64,000 nt of DNA from the NCBI GenBank assembly GCA_023145475.1, contig JAGLDR010000076.1, positions 5,488 to 69,487 of the forward strand, read 5' to 3'. Positions 1 to 10,494 of this stretch are shown here, one piece after another. The translations under genes were made by a program, and so were the position numbers. The notes under the pieces were generated by a model. It saw nothing but the letters and a program-made list of their open reading frames with translations. It ran no database searches and was not told where the DNA came from. The stretch comes from a bacterium (GTDB lineage: Bacteria; UBP6; UBA1177; JAGLDR01). Positions within the stretch are counted from its first letter, which is position 1. Every line of letters begins with the position of its first letter.

Positions 1-6
1 GAGGGA

Positions 7-1050
7 ATGCTTTCAGAAGAGACTCAGCTTAACATCACTAAAATGCTCGACTCTTTTATAAAGAAAGGTGATAAGAATTCTATAAAAGCACTCTTATCAA
101 TCGCTCGCTATGTTGCTCTCAATTTCCCTGAAGATATGTACACCCCACTGATGGAAGGAAACAGCAGTGTTGCGTGCCTTGCCGTAAGATTTAGCGCACA
201 AATTCAAGGTGAAATCTTTTTTAACGATGTTGTCCTTCCAAAAATAAAGGATTTTTCACCAGATGGTCAAGTTGCAGCAGCCTACGCAGCCGTAGATGCA
301 GATTCAAAGGCAGCATCTGTTACTCTTGGCAAACTGTTAAATACCGTAGCTGACTATCAACCACCATCGAGTGAGTGCTTTCCTGAAAAGTCTCCTCCAA
401 TGAACAAAGCTGTTTTTGTTACATCTGTCATTGAGATTGATGCACCAAACGCCAAGCAAGTTCTCAAGACACAGCTCTTATCAGGAGATGCAACTTGGCT
501 CTCTATCTTGTTAAATATTATGTCTGCATATGAAGGCGCAGACCTTATTGAACTTGTTTTGCAGGCTAATGCACAAGTTGAATACAGTGCAAAGAAACTG
601 GAATTTAACAACTACTTTGTTCGAATTAAATCACCTGCAACTGCAAAAATACTTATCAAGCTCTTTCCTAAACAAGATGGAATTTCTTGGAAAAAGATTG
701 TTTTAGGAATTATTGGACTCTATGAATATCCAGAAACCACACCATTTCTTATTAAAGTGCTCAACGCTGACCCAAGAGAAGAGGTGAGAACCACTGCAGC
801 GATTGCAATTGGTCAACTGAATCAGAAAGAGGGCATTAAACCTCTGTTTGAGTTTATTATGCGTGAAAAATCACTTCTTGCACAGTCAATTGCTGTTGAC
901 TCTCTTGCAAAGATAAACAACAAAACCGTTCAAGATTATTTGAAAAAAATTATCAAGTTAGCGCCAGATCCTAAAATCAGAGAAAGTGCCGCAAATGCCA
1001 TTGAAGACAACTTATTCATCTTAAGATATGGCCGTAAAAAACAACGCTAA
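7..1050 (+). CDS. HEAT-repeat (PBS-lyase HEAT-like) protein
   Basis: 347-aa ORF with repeated ~30-aa helical units (EVRTTAAIAIGQL, SIAVDSLAKI, PKIRESAANAIE) typical of PBS-lyase HEAT repeats. GAGGGA RBS directly upstream of the ATG at 7, so likely complete. The 3' end overlaps the next gene by 23 nt. Confidence 0.5.
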   Translation: MLSEETQLNITKMLDSFIKKGDKNSIKALLSIARYVALNFPEDMYTPLMEGNSSVACLAVRFSAQIQGEIFFNDVVLPKIKDFSPDGQVAAAYAAVDADSKAASVTLGKLLNTVADYQPPSSECFPEKSPPMNKAVFVTSVIEIDAPNAKQVLKTQLLSGDATWLSILLNIMSAYEGADLIELVLQANAQVEYSAKKLEFNNYFVRIKSPATAKILIKLFPKQDGISWKKIVLGIIGLYEYPETTPFLIKVLNADPREEVRTTAAIAIGQLNQKEGIKPLFEFIMREKSLLAQSIAVDSLAKINNKTVQDYLKKIIKLAPDPKIRESAANAIEDNLFILRYGRKKQR

Positions 1051-1783
1051 AAATCAGGAACAATCTTGGTTTGATTGGATTAATTCCATTGAGCCACTTC
1101 GAGGAGAGGATGTAGTTGCATCAACTTCTCAGCCCCCTACAGAGAAAAAAGAGATAGCAGTAGAGTTACCAGAACTCATCAAACAACCGGAATTACCCGC
1201 AAAAAAAGTGGTGGATATTTCAGCTCTCTCTTTCGAAACGCTGATTGAAACAGTAAGCTCTTGTACCCTCTGTCCTCTTTCAGAAACAAGAATAACAACC
1301 GTTCCTGGTGAAGGTGATAAAAATGCCCAGCTTATGTTTATTGGTGAAGGTCCCGGTGCTGATGAGGACAAATCTGGCAAACCATTTGTTGGAAGAGCAG
1401 GTCAACTGCTTACAAAAATCATTGAAGGTGGATTAGGAATTTCGCGAAGTGAGTGCTATATCGCAAATATCGTAAAATGTCGCCCACCGCACAATAGAAA
1501 CCCTTTTGACAGTGAAGTTACGGCATGTATTCCCTATCTTCATCGGCAAATCGAATTGATTAAACCAAAAATGATAGTCCTGCTTGGACGCGTTGCAATG
1601 AATCATCTTTTGGCTATTTCTCCCCCACTAAAGATAGCGCGAGCACAAAAACACACCTATAAGCATATTCCTGTTGTGGTCACCTATCATCCGGCGGCAC
1701 TTTTGCGAAACCCTGCACTTAAAAAAGATTTGTGGAGTGATTTGCAGGTGGTGATTAAGGAATTAGAGCTACCAGGAGCATAA
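1028..1783 (+). CDS. uracil-DNA glycosylase, family 4, with ~75-aa N-terminal extension
   Basis: Motifs CTLCPL, GEGPGADED, GKPFVGRAGQLL, NIVKCRPPHNRNP and HPAALLRNP match family-4 UDG signatures. Translationally coupled to the upstream HEAT gene. Confidence 0.85.
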   Translation: MAVKNNAKNQEQSWFDWINSIEPLRGEDVVASTSQPPTEKKEIAVELPELIKQPELPAKKVVDISALSFETLIETVSSCTLCPLSETRITTVPGEGDKNAQLMFIGEGPGADEDKSGKPFVGRAGQLLTKIIEGGLGISRSECYIANIVKCRPPHNRNPFDSEVTACIPYLHRQIELIKPKMIVLLGRVAMNHLLAISPPLKIARAQKHTYKHIPVVVTYHPAALLRNPALKKDLWSDLQVVIKELELPGA

Positions 1784-1832
1784 GAGACCCAATATGTTAC
1801 GCATTGTATGACCTCACAAATAATTTCCAGAC

Positions 1833-3497
1833 TTAATCAGAAAAGAGCCAACTATTGACATCATTATAAAATCTCAAAGGCTCTGTAACAGGCACGCTGT
1901 GACAGCTCGCGCCATAGTAAGGAAACGTAACTTCTCTCGTGATTTCGCCAAGAGTTTCGTCACTATATTGCACTTCAAAACGAGCGGCACTAAGAGAGAC
2001 TTTGGAAACTTGTGTATACTCTTTGAGCACCTCAGGAATTGCCGGTGAATAGATAACCGTATCCTCTTCAGCATTGGTAATAAAGCTCTTTACAAAAGCG
2101 AGATTTTCAAGGAACCGATCTCCAAATCGGTTATCATACGGAGACGCTTTCACTTGATAGAAGAGCTGCGTGATTTGACGATTCAAATCAATAAAATAGC
2201 TATCCCACTCCGGCAAAGTGCCTAGTGTTGATTCTAAATCACCTATCACGAGTGGATGGAGCTCTCTATATGCCTCCTTATATTGCAAGACAAATTCAAC
2301 CGATTTGGGAAGAGATTGTAATGAAAGTGGCAATAAAACTCCCTCATTCCCCGCAAAACGAAATGCTACATCTTTCCTCTCTTTTGCTGACAAAAAGGGG
2401 ATATCTGTATGATTCGCCCCAATAAGTGTTGAGAAAAGAGTACCATCAGTTAGTGTCGCTATCCCCACATCTGTATGGTCAAACAGCCAATTTGACTCTC
2501 GTTTATAGCAATAGACATCATACCCATTATCTCCAATGAAGTTCATAACTTGACGATGGTCATAGCAATCTTCAGCTCCATCGCACCCTTGAAAAACCTC
2601 ACCTGTTTCTGCTTCGACCCACGCAACTGCTGAAGTTGGAGAATTCGCCATCATTCTGCCTGAAGTATCCATCTGTGCGTAACCGGTCAAAAGCGGCTGA
2701 ATCAAAATCTGATGTGAAAATTGTCTTGCAGCAACTTTCGCTGAAATCTCACCACTTACTTCAGGAAAAATCTTTTTAAAATGGGTGTCAATCTCACTAA
2801 AAAGCTCACTATCTTTGTAGATATCTCCACCGCTATATTTATCTGAATTGTAGTAAAGCAACAGATTGAGTATTGCGGTTGCGCGTATCCCGCCGTAACT
2901 TTCACCAACGAGAACTATTTGGTTATTTTCGAGCTCTGGCATTGTCTGCAAAAGACGCAAAATCGTGCGAATAAAATCAGCTGCGTCAACATAGGCATTA
3001 AAATTATCAGGCCGATAATAATCTGAACGCTCTTTTTCACTGGTTGGATTTGAGACCATACCATACGAAAACCCCGTCTGACGAGCGTCAATATGAATGG
3101 TTGAACCCATCTCTGTAAAACTCGTTGGATTCTTTGCAATGGCTGCAGGTGCTGCAATGGTTTGATCAGCTGTGTAGGGCGCGGTGTTATAGGTAAACAG
3201 AAGAGCGGTTGCAGCTCCTGGTCCACCATTAAAAAAGACAAAAATCGGTTTACTCTCTGGCTCACTCTCAGCAGGATGAAATGAGTACCAGATGCGTGCT
3301 TTATCTGATTCCATACTGTTTTCATCTAAAATATAGGAGTGAGATGCAATCTCAATAAAGCCAGCTTTAGCAACAATAGAAAGAGATGAATCATTGTCAT
3401 CATCTGAAGTTTCATCACCTAAGTGCGACACTGGCGAAGAACACGAAAGAAGAAAAAAAGCTATAAAAAACCCTAAAACTCGGAAAATCTTTTTCAT
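1833..3497 (-). CDS. peptidase S10 (serine carboxypeptidase)-like lipoprotein
   Basis: FVFFNGGPGAATAL and LVGESYGGIRA resemble the S10 signatures NGGPGCSS and GESYAG. The preferred start is the internal ATG at 3497 (GAGGG RBS, then MKKIFRVLGFFIAFFLLSCSS lipoprotein signal). The six-frame ORF start at 3581 would overlap truB. Confidence 0.6.
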   Translation of the reverse strand: MKKIFRVLGFFIAFFLLSCSSPVSHLGDETSDDDNDSSLSIVAKAGFIEIASHSYILDENSMESDKARIWYSFHPAESEPESKPIFVFFNGGPGAATALLFTYNTAPYTADQTIAAPAAIAKNPTSFTEMGSTIHIDARQTGFSYGMVSNPTSEKERSDYYRPDNFNAYVDAADFIRTILRLLQTMPELENNQIVLVGESYGGIRATAILNLLLYYNSDKYSGGDIYKDSELFSEIDTHFKKIFPEVSGEISAKVAARQFSHQILIQPLLTGYAQMDTSGRMMANSPTSAVAWVEAETGEVFQGCDGAEDCYDHRQVMNFIGDNGYDVYCYKRESNWLFDHTDVGIATLTDGTLFSTLIGANHTDIPFLSAKERKDVAFRFAGNEGVLLPLSLQSLPKSVEFVLQYKEAYRELHPLVIGDLESTLGTLPEWDSYFIDLNRQITQLFYQVKASPYDNRFGDRFLENLAFVKSFITNAEEDTVIYSPAIPEVLKEYTQVSKVSLSAARFEVQYSDETLGEITREVTFPYYGASCHSVPVTEPLRFYNDVNSWLFSD

Positions 3498-3519
3498 ATT
3501 ACCCTCGCTTAAGTCAAAT

Positions 3520-4434
3520 CTAACCCTGCTCTTCTCCATAAAGATATGCTTTATAATACGATACTTCATCTCTTTTCTCAAGTAGAAATGCAGGCCTATT
3601 TTTATAGGAAACCCACGACAATCCAGAATCTAAATCAGGAAAAATCTCTGAAATATCACCACCATTTCTCAGCATTTTGAAAAGAGCATCATCTACATCG
3701 ATGTGAGGCAAAGAGGCTAACACTCTTTCAATAGGTAAGATGTACTCTTCCCATGATGCAGCCTCATCTTGCACCACACTCCACGGCATCGACTCTTCAA
3801 GAGTAAATGCAGCAACAGCAGTGCGTGTCAACGATGTCATCACCGCACCAAAGGAAAGTTGTTGCCCAATATCATGGACTAAAGAGCGAATATAGGTCCC
3901 CTTTGAACAGTGAACTTTAAACGAGGCCTCACTTTGAGTTTCACTCTTCAATGCTATATCAAAAACAGATACCTGCCGTGATGGCATATCAATACTTTTA
4001 CCTTTTCGTGCGAGCGCATACGCCCTTTTTCCATCAATTTTTATTGCCGAATAGATGGGAGGAATTTGTGAAATAACGCCACTAAATTGCGGAATCGTAG
4101 TATCGAGTTGCTCTTGAGAAACAAAAGGGTTTTCAGCAACAATCGTTATCTCTGTCTCACTGTCATAGCTTGCGGAGGTCAATCCAAACTGCATCGTTCC
4201 TTCGTATTTCTTTGTTCCATCCGTTACCAGTGAAATCAGTTTTGTTGCAGCATTTGCGGCAATCACAATCACGCCAGTTGCCATCGGATCAAGTGTGCCA
4301 CAGTAGCCAGCTTTTTTAAGTCCAAAACGCCACTTTATTTTGTTCAACATAAATGCTGACGAAATTCCTTTTGGTTTATTTACAGAGATAAAAAAGGGTG
4401 CGCTATTTGTTCTGCTCACGAAACATTTCCTCAA
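3520..4434 (-). CDS. truB: tRNA pseudouridine(55) synthase TruB
   Basis: KPKGISS and GTLDPMATGVIVIA are TruB catalytic-Asp motifs; length 304 aa; conserved position after nrnA/rbfA/infB. Confidence 0.85.
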   Translation of the reverse strand: MRKCFVSRTNSAPFFISVNKPKGISSAFMLNKIKWRFGLKKAGYCGTLDPMATGVIVIAANAATKLISLVTDGTKKYEGTMQFGLTSASYDSETEITIVAENPFVSQEQLDTTIPQFSGVISQIPPIYSAIKIDGKRAYALARKGKSIDMPSRQVSVFDIALKSETQSEASFKVHCSKGTYIRSLVHDIGQQLSFGAVMTSLTRTAVAAFTLEESMPWSVVQDEAASWEEYILPIERVLASLPHIDVDDALFKMLRNGGDISEIFPDLDSGLSWVSYKNRPAFLLEKRDEVSYYKAYLYGEEQG

Positions 4435-5383
4435 TTATGGCAACGCCTGCATCATAGGAGCCTTCAAAGGTGAATCCAGCGGCATTCTTATGGCCACCAC
4501 CACCAAAGCGTAATGCGATAGCGTTAGCATCAATTCGCCCGATACTACGCAGTGAAACTTTATAAACGCCACTCTTCTCTTCACGAAAACGGGCAGCCAA
4601 TTCAACACCATCAATTGAGCGCACTTCATTGACAATCCCATCAATTAAATCAGGAGAGATGCCATATCGTTCGATTTGCTCAATTTTTATTTCAATAACG
4701 CCAATCTTGCCATCACTTCGCATTTGCAAATCAGTCATCACCTCTGCGGTACATCTTTTTGCATTCAGCGGGATTCGGTTGTGCATAGAAGATGAAACAT
4801 CCCATGGAGAGACGCCTGCATCAACAAGTTCAGCTGCAATTCTAAATGATTCAGCAGTCGTTTTACTATAACGAAAACCACCGGTATCACTGAGCAAAGC
4901 GGCATAGACAGCCACAGAGAAATCAGTCGTTATTTCTACACCCATCTCTTGTGCTAATCTAAAAATAAGCACTGAAGTTGCTGGCGCATTTTCATCAATA
5001 TATCTCAATGTATAAGGAAAATCTTGCGTCTGTTCACTAATCTCATGATGGTCAAACAGAACAATTGGAGAAGATGTTTTTTGCAGATGCTCTAATAACT
5101 CATCACCTACTCGGTGAGGCGCTCCAGCATCAACAACAATATACAAATCGGCATCTTGCTGAGGAAGTTCATGCGAAACTGCATCATATCCCTTAATAAA
5201 ATCAAAGTTGTATGGATAGGAATCACGACTATAAACAGTCACTTCTTTCCCAATACTTTCAAACAGTTGCTTGCAGGCAAGCGCTGTTCCAGTACAATCC
5301 CCATCAGGATTAATATGTCCAGAAATTAAGATAGAATTCACTTGAGAAAGAAGGGTAATAAAATCAGGAAAATTATTCGTCAT
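4403..5383 (-). CDS. nrnA: DHH/DHHA1 phosphoesterase (NrnA-like oligoribonuclease/pAp phosphatase)
   Basis: HINPDGDCTG, DHH and GGGH motifs. The six-frame ORF begins at 5437 but overlaps rbfA by 65 nt. The internal ATG at 5383 (MTNNFPDF) leaves a 10-nt gap and is preferred. Confidence 0.75.
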   Translation of the reverse strand: MTNNFPDFITLLSQVNSILISGHINPDGDCTGTALACKQLFESIGKEVTVYSRDSYPYNFDFIKGYDAVSHELPQQDADLYIVVDAGAPHRVGDELLEHLQKTSSPIVLFDHHEISEQTQDFPYTLRYIDENAPATSVLIFRLAQEMGVEITTDFSVAVYAALLSDTGGFRYSKTTAESFRIAAELVDAGVSPWDVSSSMHNRIPLNAKRCTAEVMTDLQMRSDGKIGVIEIKIEQIERYGISPDLIDGIVNEVRSIDGVELAARFREEKSGVYKVSLRSIGRIDANAIALRFGGGGHKNAAGFTFEGSYDAGVAIIEEMFREQNK

Positions 5384-5762
5384 CACTACTCTTTTCACTC
5401 TCTTGCTTTGCTGCACTTTCTCGTTTTGCGTCATCAAAAATCTTTTCTAAGCGCTGCATCTCATCAGATGCATTATCATAGATAAATCGTAACTCAGGAA
5501 CAATGCGAAGATGTCGCAACTGCTTCCCAATCTGTCCACGAATAAAACGGCCATGTTTGTCAAAAGCCTCAGCCACCTTTTCACGAGATTGATCACCATA
5601 AATGGTATAATAGATGGTCGCAACACTCAAATCAGAAGAAAGTTTTACCCGTTGAAGCGTAACAAAAGCAAGTGCAGAATCACCTAATTCTTGCAATAAC
5701 AAAACACTGATTCCACGAGAAATCGCTTGTGCTACCCGTTGTTGACGAACACTTGGTGCCAC
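5373..5762 (-). CDS. rbfA: ribosome-binding factor A
   Basis: 129 aa; RVAQAISRGISVLL..LSVATIYYTIYGD matches RbfA; conserved position immediately downstream of infB. Confidence 0.8.
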   Translation of the reverse strand: MAPSVRQQRVAQAISRGISVLLLQELGDSALAFVTLQRVKLSSDLSVATIYYTIYGDQSREKVAEAFDKHGRFIRGQIGKQLRHLRIVPELRFIYDNASDEMQRLEKIFDDAKRESAAKQESEKSSDDE

Positions 5763-8347
5763 TATTTCACCTCATCTTTAATTTCTGTTTCACGGAAACA
5801 TTCAACGGTGTCGCCCTCTTTGATGTCGTTATAATTTTCAATCATCAAACCACATTCAAATCCTGCTTTGACCTCATCTGCATCTTGTTGGAACCGTTTC
5901 AGAGAGCTCAATTTACCCTCATACACAACAACATTGTTACGAATCACTTTAACATTTGACGCTTTCACAATCTTGCCTTCCGTCACCATACAGCCAGCTA
6001 TGCTGCCAATCTTTGCAACTTTAAATATCTGTTTAATCTCTGCTGTTCCTGAATACTCCTCTTTAATAATTGGAGCAAGACGACCGGTCAGAGCAGCTTT
6101 AATTGAATCAATCAAATCATAGATAATAGAGAATTGTTTCACTTCAACTTGCTCTTTCACTGCTGTCTGTTTTGCCTTACTATCCATACGAACATTAAAG
6201 CCAACAACAATCGCTTGTGATGCAGCAGCAAGCAAAATATCATTCTCCGTAATACCACCAACTCCCTTGTGAATAATACGCACCTTCATCTTATCATGCT
6301 CAATCTTATTCAACATAGAGACAATCGCATCAACAGAGCCATCAACATCAGCTTTAACGATGATATTGACCTCTTCTACATTACCTTCATTAATTTGCTC
6401 AAACAAGTTATCAAGGGTTACACCACTTCCTGATGAACCTGCTTCAAACTTCTTCTCTTGTTCTTGTTTCTTTCTCCATTCAACAAGACCCTTCGCCTTT
6501 TGATCATCCTTAAATGCATAGATTTTCTCGCCAGCACTAGGGACAGAATCAAGACCAGTAATCTCAACAGCCATTGATGGTGGAGCCTCTTTAACACGAT
6601 GTCCCGTCCAGTCAGTCATTGAACGAACAAATCCCATTGATGTTCCAACAACAATCAAATCACCAACTTTCAATGTTCCATTTCTCACAAGAGTCGTTGC
6701 AACAGGTCCTAGCCCTGTATCCATACGAGACTCAATAACAAGACCATCTGCAAGTTTATCTGGGTTTGCCTGTAGCTCTAATATCTCCACCTGCAACAAG
6801 ATAGTTTCAAGAAGTGTTTGAATGTTGATATTCTCTTTTGCAGAAATCTCTACAAAAAGATGTTCACCACCAAGCTCTTCTGCCACAATCTCATATTGAA
6901 GAAGTTCATTTCTCACCTTTTGAGGATTTGCATCAGGCTTGTCTATCTTATTAATTGCAACAATAATCGGCACGCCAGCAGCTTTTGCATGGTTGATAGC
7001 TTCAACAGTCTGTGGCATAACACCATCATCTGCTGCAACAATCAAAATGACAACATCTGTTGCCTGCGTACCGCGACTTCTCATCGCAGTAAAAGCCTCG
7101 TGACCTGGAGTATCAAGGAAGGTTATCAAATTGCCATCAAGGTCAATTGAATATGCTCCAATATGCTGAGTAATACCACCAGCTTCCTTATCAATTATAT
7201 TGGTATTTCTAATGGTATCGAGAAGCCTTGTTTTACCATGATCGACATGACCCATAACCGTAACAACAGGAGGTCTTGTCTTCATATTATCTTCTGTCAC
7301 TTCAACTGTTTCGACAAAAGTCTCTTCACTAATCGCCACATTTTGCACTTGGAATCCAAACTCTTCCGCAAGGAGAAGTGCCGTCTCATATGGGAGACGA
7401 TCATTCAGTGTTGCCATCTCACCCATCTGCATCAACTTTCCAATCACCTGGCTTGACTTTACTGCCATACGGTGTGCAAGCTCAGAAAGAATGATACTAT
7501 CTTCAACCTTCACAATCATCTTGATTGCCTTAGTTGGATTTGCAGGCACAGCAACTTTCTGCTTTCTATTTTTCTTTTTAAATCTCTTGCGTCCGCGACC
7601 AAAGTCATCAGCAACAATAGTTCCGCCCTTTACCTTAGCATGACGATTTCTATCTTGTGAATCATTTCTTCGTCCACCTTTTTTGCTCTTTTTATGTGCA
7701 TTTGCATGACTTTCTTGAGATTCAGGGTGTAAAACAACTTTTTTCTTATGTCGTTTATGCAAATCCTCTGGCGTTGGCGGAGCTGGTGCAACAACCTCTG
7801 GCTCTGGCTTCTCAGCTGGCAACGGAATATCATCATCTGTAATATTCACAATTACAGGTTTTGCTTTTTTCTCTCCTTTTTTCTCACCATCTTCTGTAGG
7901 CTTCGCATCTTTCGCCGCCTCTTTTTGAGCTTCGAGAGCCTCTTCTTGCTGCAATTCCATCAAAGCAATCTCTTCAGGTGAGAGAGTTTTTGGAGCAGCA
8001 ACAGGAGCAGCCGTTTCAACTGCTGGCTCATCTTGCGACTCGACCTCTACCTCTGGAACACTCTCTGCTGGTGGAGGAGTCGTCTCTTCTACTTCAACTC
8101 GCTCATCACTTGGAATAAAGGAGCGTTTTGCACCCCTCTTTCTAATGAGAGTCTTCTTTGCTGCTTTGGGCTCTTTTGCTGTAAGCACGCCACCCTTAAA
8201 TCGAGAGCGTATTGATGACTCTTCTGAATCATTTAACCCTTTAAAATGGCTTTTGTAATCTCCACCAAACTCTTTGCGAAGAAAATCCATAATTTCCTTG
8301 GATTGCAGTCCAAGCTCTGTTGCTAAATCACTTATCCGCATGCACAT
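5762..8347 (-). CDS. infB: translation initiation factor IF-2
   Basis: 861 aa; GTPase motifs [13 protein letters not shown] and NKID; Lys/Glu/Ala-rich N-terminal domain; C-terminal beta-barrel domains. Confidence 0.95.
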   Translation of the reverse strand: MCMRISDLATELGLQSKEIMDFLRKEFGGDYKSHFKGLNDSEESSIRSRFKGGVLTAKEPKAAKKTLIRKRGAKRSFIPSDERVEVEETTPPPAESVPEVEVESQDEPAVETAAPVAAPKTLSPEEIALMELQQEEALEAQKEAAKDAKPTEDGEKKGEKKAKPVIVNITDDDIPLPAEKPEPEVVAPAPPTPEDLHKRHKKKVVLHPESQESHANAHKKSKKGGRRNDSQDRNRHAKVKGGTIVADDFGRGRKRFKKKNRKQKVAVPANPTKAIKMIVKVEDSIILSELAHRMAVKSSQVIGKLMQMGEMATLNDRLPYETALLLAEEFGFQVQNVAISEETFVETVEVTEDNMKTRPPVVTVMGHVDHGKTRLLDTIRNTNIIDKEAGGITQHIGAYSIDLDGNLITFLDTPGHEAFTAMRSRGTQATDVVILIVAADDGVMPQTVEAINHAKAAGVPIIVAINKIDKPDANPQKVRNELLQYEIVAEELGGEHLFVEISAKENINIQTLLETILLQVEILELQANPDKLADGLVIESRMDTGLGPVATTLVRNGTLKVGDLIVVGTSMGFVRSMTDWTGHRVKEAPPSMAVEITGLDSVPSAGEKIYAFKDDQKAKGLVEWRKKQEQEKKFEAGSSGSGVTLDNLFEQINEGNVEEVNIIVKADVDGSVDAIVSMLNKIEHDKMKVRIIHKGVGGITENDILLAAASQAIVVGFNVRMDSKAKQTAVKEQVEVKQFSIIYDLIDSIKAALTGRLAPIIKEEYSGTAEIKQIFKVAKIGSIAGCMVTEGKIVKASNVKVIRNNVVVYEGKLSSLKRFQQDADEVKAGFECGLMIENYNDIKEGDTVECFRETEIKDEVK

Positions 8348-8954
8348 CTCCTGAAAAAAAGCGTGTCATTATAGTTGCATAAAAGGAGAGTCTGTCCGAC
8401 AAACTTCCCTGCTCGACGGCAAAAATACCGACTGGTCTTCCTGTTAAAGATGCTCCTAACTCCTCTTTGTCTAGAGGGAGCGCAGTAGCTATCTTTTTTA
8501 TTGTATCTGGAATCTTTTTTACTGTTTTTGCTGAAATATCATTCGTAGTAAAAATTATCGCTGCACGACCTTCGCCTGATCCATACTTCTCAGCAACGCC
8601 CTCTTGCCCAACAGTGAGCACATGGCTTTTTAAACCAAGTGAGCAGAAGTGGCGAAATGAGCCGAGAGAGAGGGTATAAATATGGGTGAAAATATCTGAA
8701 AATGGTGTGATAAATGCCTTCTTTCCTGTGAAAAACCGTGTAGGAAACGAGCGTCTTTTATAAAGGTGCTCAATACATTCCGAGGTTGCGTGAGTGTAGA
8801 CACCTCTTCCGGGGAGTTTTCCTTGCCAATCAAGCATTATTGTGCCGTTGGCATTTATCCAGCGGAACAGTTCAGACTTCTGAGCTGTTTCTCCGCAGGA
8901 GAGACATGTTCTCTCGGTTTTACTCACCTTTTCCTTCATCTTCCTCATCATCAT
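8328..8954 (-). CDS. YlxR (DUF448) fused to ribosomal L7Ae-like (YlxQ) protein
   Basis: The N-terminal part RTCLSCGETAQKSELFRW...GKLPGRGVYTHATSEC matches YlxR. The C-terminal part SLGLKSHVLTVGQEGVAEKYGSG.GRAAIIFTTNDIS...EELGASLTGRPVGIFAV matches the L7Ae/YlxQ fold. It sits between nusA and infB, as ylxR and ylxQ do in Firmicutes. Confidence 0.7.
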   Translation of the reverse strand: MMMRKMKEKVSKTERTCLSCGETAQKSELFRWINANGTIMLDWQGKLPGRGVYTHATSECIEHLYKRRSFPTRFFTGKKAFITPFSDIFTHIYTLSLGSFRHFCSLGLKSHVLTVGQEGVAEKYGSGEGRAAIIFTTNDISAKTVKKIPDTIKKIATALPLDKEELGASLTGRPVGIFAVEQGSLSDRLSFYATIMTRFFSGDVHADK

Positions 8955-10494
8955 TATCTATTTTTGAGAAATCAAAGAAAGAGTCTGCATCAAGACCCTC
9001 TCCACCTTTCTGTCTCTTTCGTCCATACAAATCATCAATAAACAGCTGGAGGCTGTAACGAATCTGTCTAGCACGACGGAGGCTAAGCTCTGAATTTTTT
9101 GCAAAAGTATCTGTATCTGGCTCACTTTCAATATCGGCAAGGTTGAGATATCCTTTTGCTTCAAGATGTGCTGCCTGGTCATCATTGATACAGTTAAGTG
9201 ATGAGGTAACCACTGACAGTTTCTCCTCAAGCTCTTCATCAATCTCAATGGCACTCAACCCCTTTTTAAGCATATCTTTGGCCTGCTCAATAATCTTCTT
9301 TGCATGCTCTGTGGTAATATCAGGCAACTCTGACAATGTTTCTGGAGCAACATCTATCAAATCTTCGAGTGTTGTATAACCAAGCGTAATCAAAGAGTCA
9401 GCAATACTTGAATCAACGCCATCAATAAAGAGCAATCTTCTTTTTGCCTCTTCAAGCATCATATTCATCTGACTTTCACTCTGAATATCAATGCTCCAAC
9501 CGGTAAGCTGTGATGCCAATCTAACATTTTCACCACCACGACCAATCGCAACAGAAAGTTGATCATCAGGAACGATAACATCCATACTATGTTCATCTTC
9601 ATCAATGACAATCTGATTGACCTCTACAGGACTCAGAGTGTTACAGATATATTGTACAGAGTCATCATGCCATGGAACGATATCAATCTTCTCACCGCTC
9701 AACTCGTGAACGATATTTTGGATTCGAGAACCCTTCATACCAACACAGGCACCAACAGGATCAACATCACTGTCAATTGATTTAACCGATATTTTTGAAC
9801 GGTGGCCAGGATCTCTAGCAACACCTTCAATAATAACAACCTCTTCATTAATTTCTGGAACTTCAAGCTCAAAAAGCTTAATAATAAAACGAGTGTTAAT
9901 TCTACTCAAGACAATGCTGCACCCTTGCTGATTTTTGGAAACTTCCAAAATAAGAGCTTTGATGCGGTCGTTGTTACGAAAGCGTTCACCAGGAATCAGC
10001 TGGCTAAAAGGCATGTATGCCTCAGCTTTACCAATATCAACAATAATACCACTCTTTTCATAACGACGAACAGTACCGGTAATAATCTCATATTCACGAC
10101 CTTTAAACTCATCATATACAAGGTCGCCACTCAATGTTTTCAACTTTTGAATAATAGTTTGTTTAGCAACTTGTGCCGCAATTCGTCCAAGCTCAGCTGA
10201 AGGAATTTTAACACCAAGCACTTCACCAATCTCAACTTCGTCATTAAGCGTTAAGGCCTCTTCCATTGTCATTTCAATGGTATTATCCTTCACATCTTCA
10301 ACCACCTCTCTGAAGTAGTAGGCCTCAAGCTCGCCAGTCTCATCATCATACATAATGTCAATATCTGCGTCTGCACTCAGTTTCTTCTGAACGGCTTTAT
10401 AGAGAGCTTCTTTTAACACATCAACAATAAGCTCGCGTTTAATACCTTTCATCTTCACTAGTTGGTCAATTAACTCTTTTAAATTGAACTCCAT
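8920..10494 (-). CDS. nusA: transcription termination/antitermination factor NusA
   Basis: 524 aa; S1 and KH domains (VIVPDDQLSVAIGRGGENVRLASQLTGW); acidic C-terminal repeats. Confidence 0.95.
   Translation of the reverse strand: MEFNLKELIDQLVKMKGIKRELIVDVLKEALYKAVQKKLSADADIDIMYDDETGELEAYYFREVVEDVKDNTIEMTMEEALTLNDEVEIGEVLGVKIPSAELGRIAAQVAKQTIIQKLKTLSGDLVYDEFKGREYEIITGTVRRYEKSGIIVDIGKAEAYMPFSQLIPGERFRNNDRIKALILEVSKNQQGCSIVLSRINTRFIIKLFELEVPEINEEVVIIEGVARDPGHRSKISVKSIDSDVDPVGACVGMKGSRIQNIVHELSGEKIDIVPWHDDSVQYICNTLSPVEVNQIVIDEDEHSMDVIVPDDQLSVAIGRGGENVRLASQLTGWSIDIQSESQMNMMLEEAKRRLLFIDGVDSSIADSLITLGYTTLEDLIDVAPETLSELPDITTEHAKKIIEQAKDMLKKGLSAIEIDEELEEKLSVVTSSLNCINDDQAAHLEAKGYLNLADIESEPDTDTFAKNSELSLRRARQIRYSLQLFIDDLYGRKRQKGGEGLDADSFFDFSKIDNDDEEDEGKGE

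Noticed and set aside
3498-3581. Upstream extension of the S10 peptidase ORF to 3581, overlapping truB
   Set aside because: The extension has no signal-peptide character, whereas the ATG at 3497 has a GAGGG RBS and a perfect lipoprotein signal. The overlap with the truB 3' end is then unnecessary.
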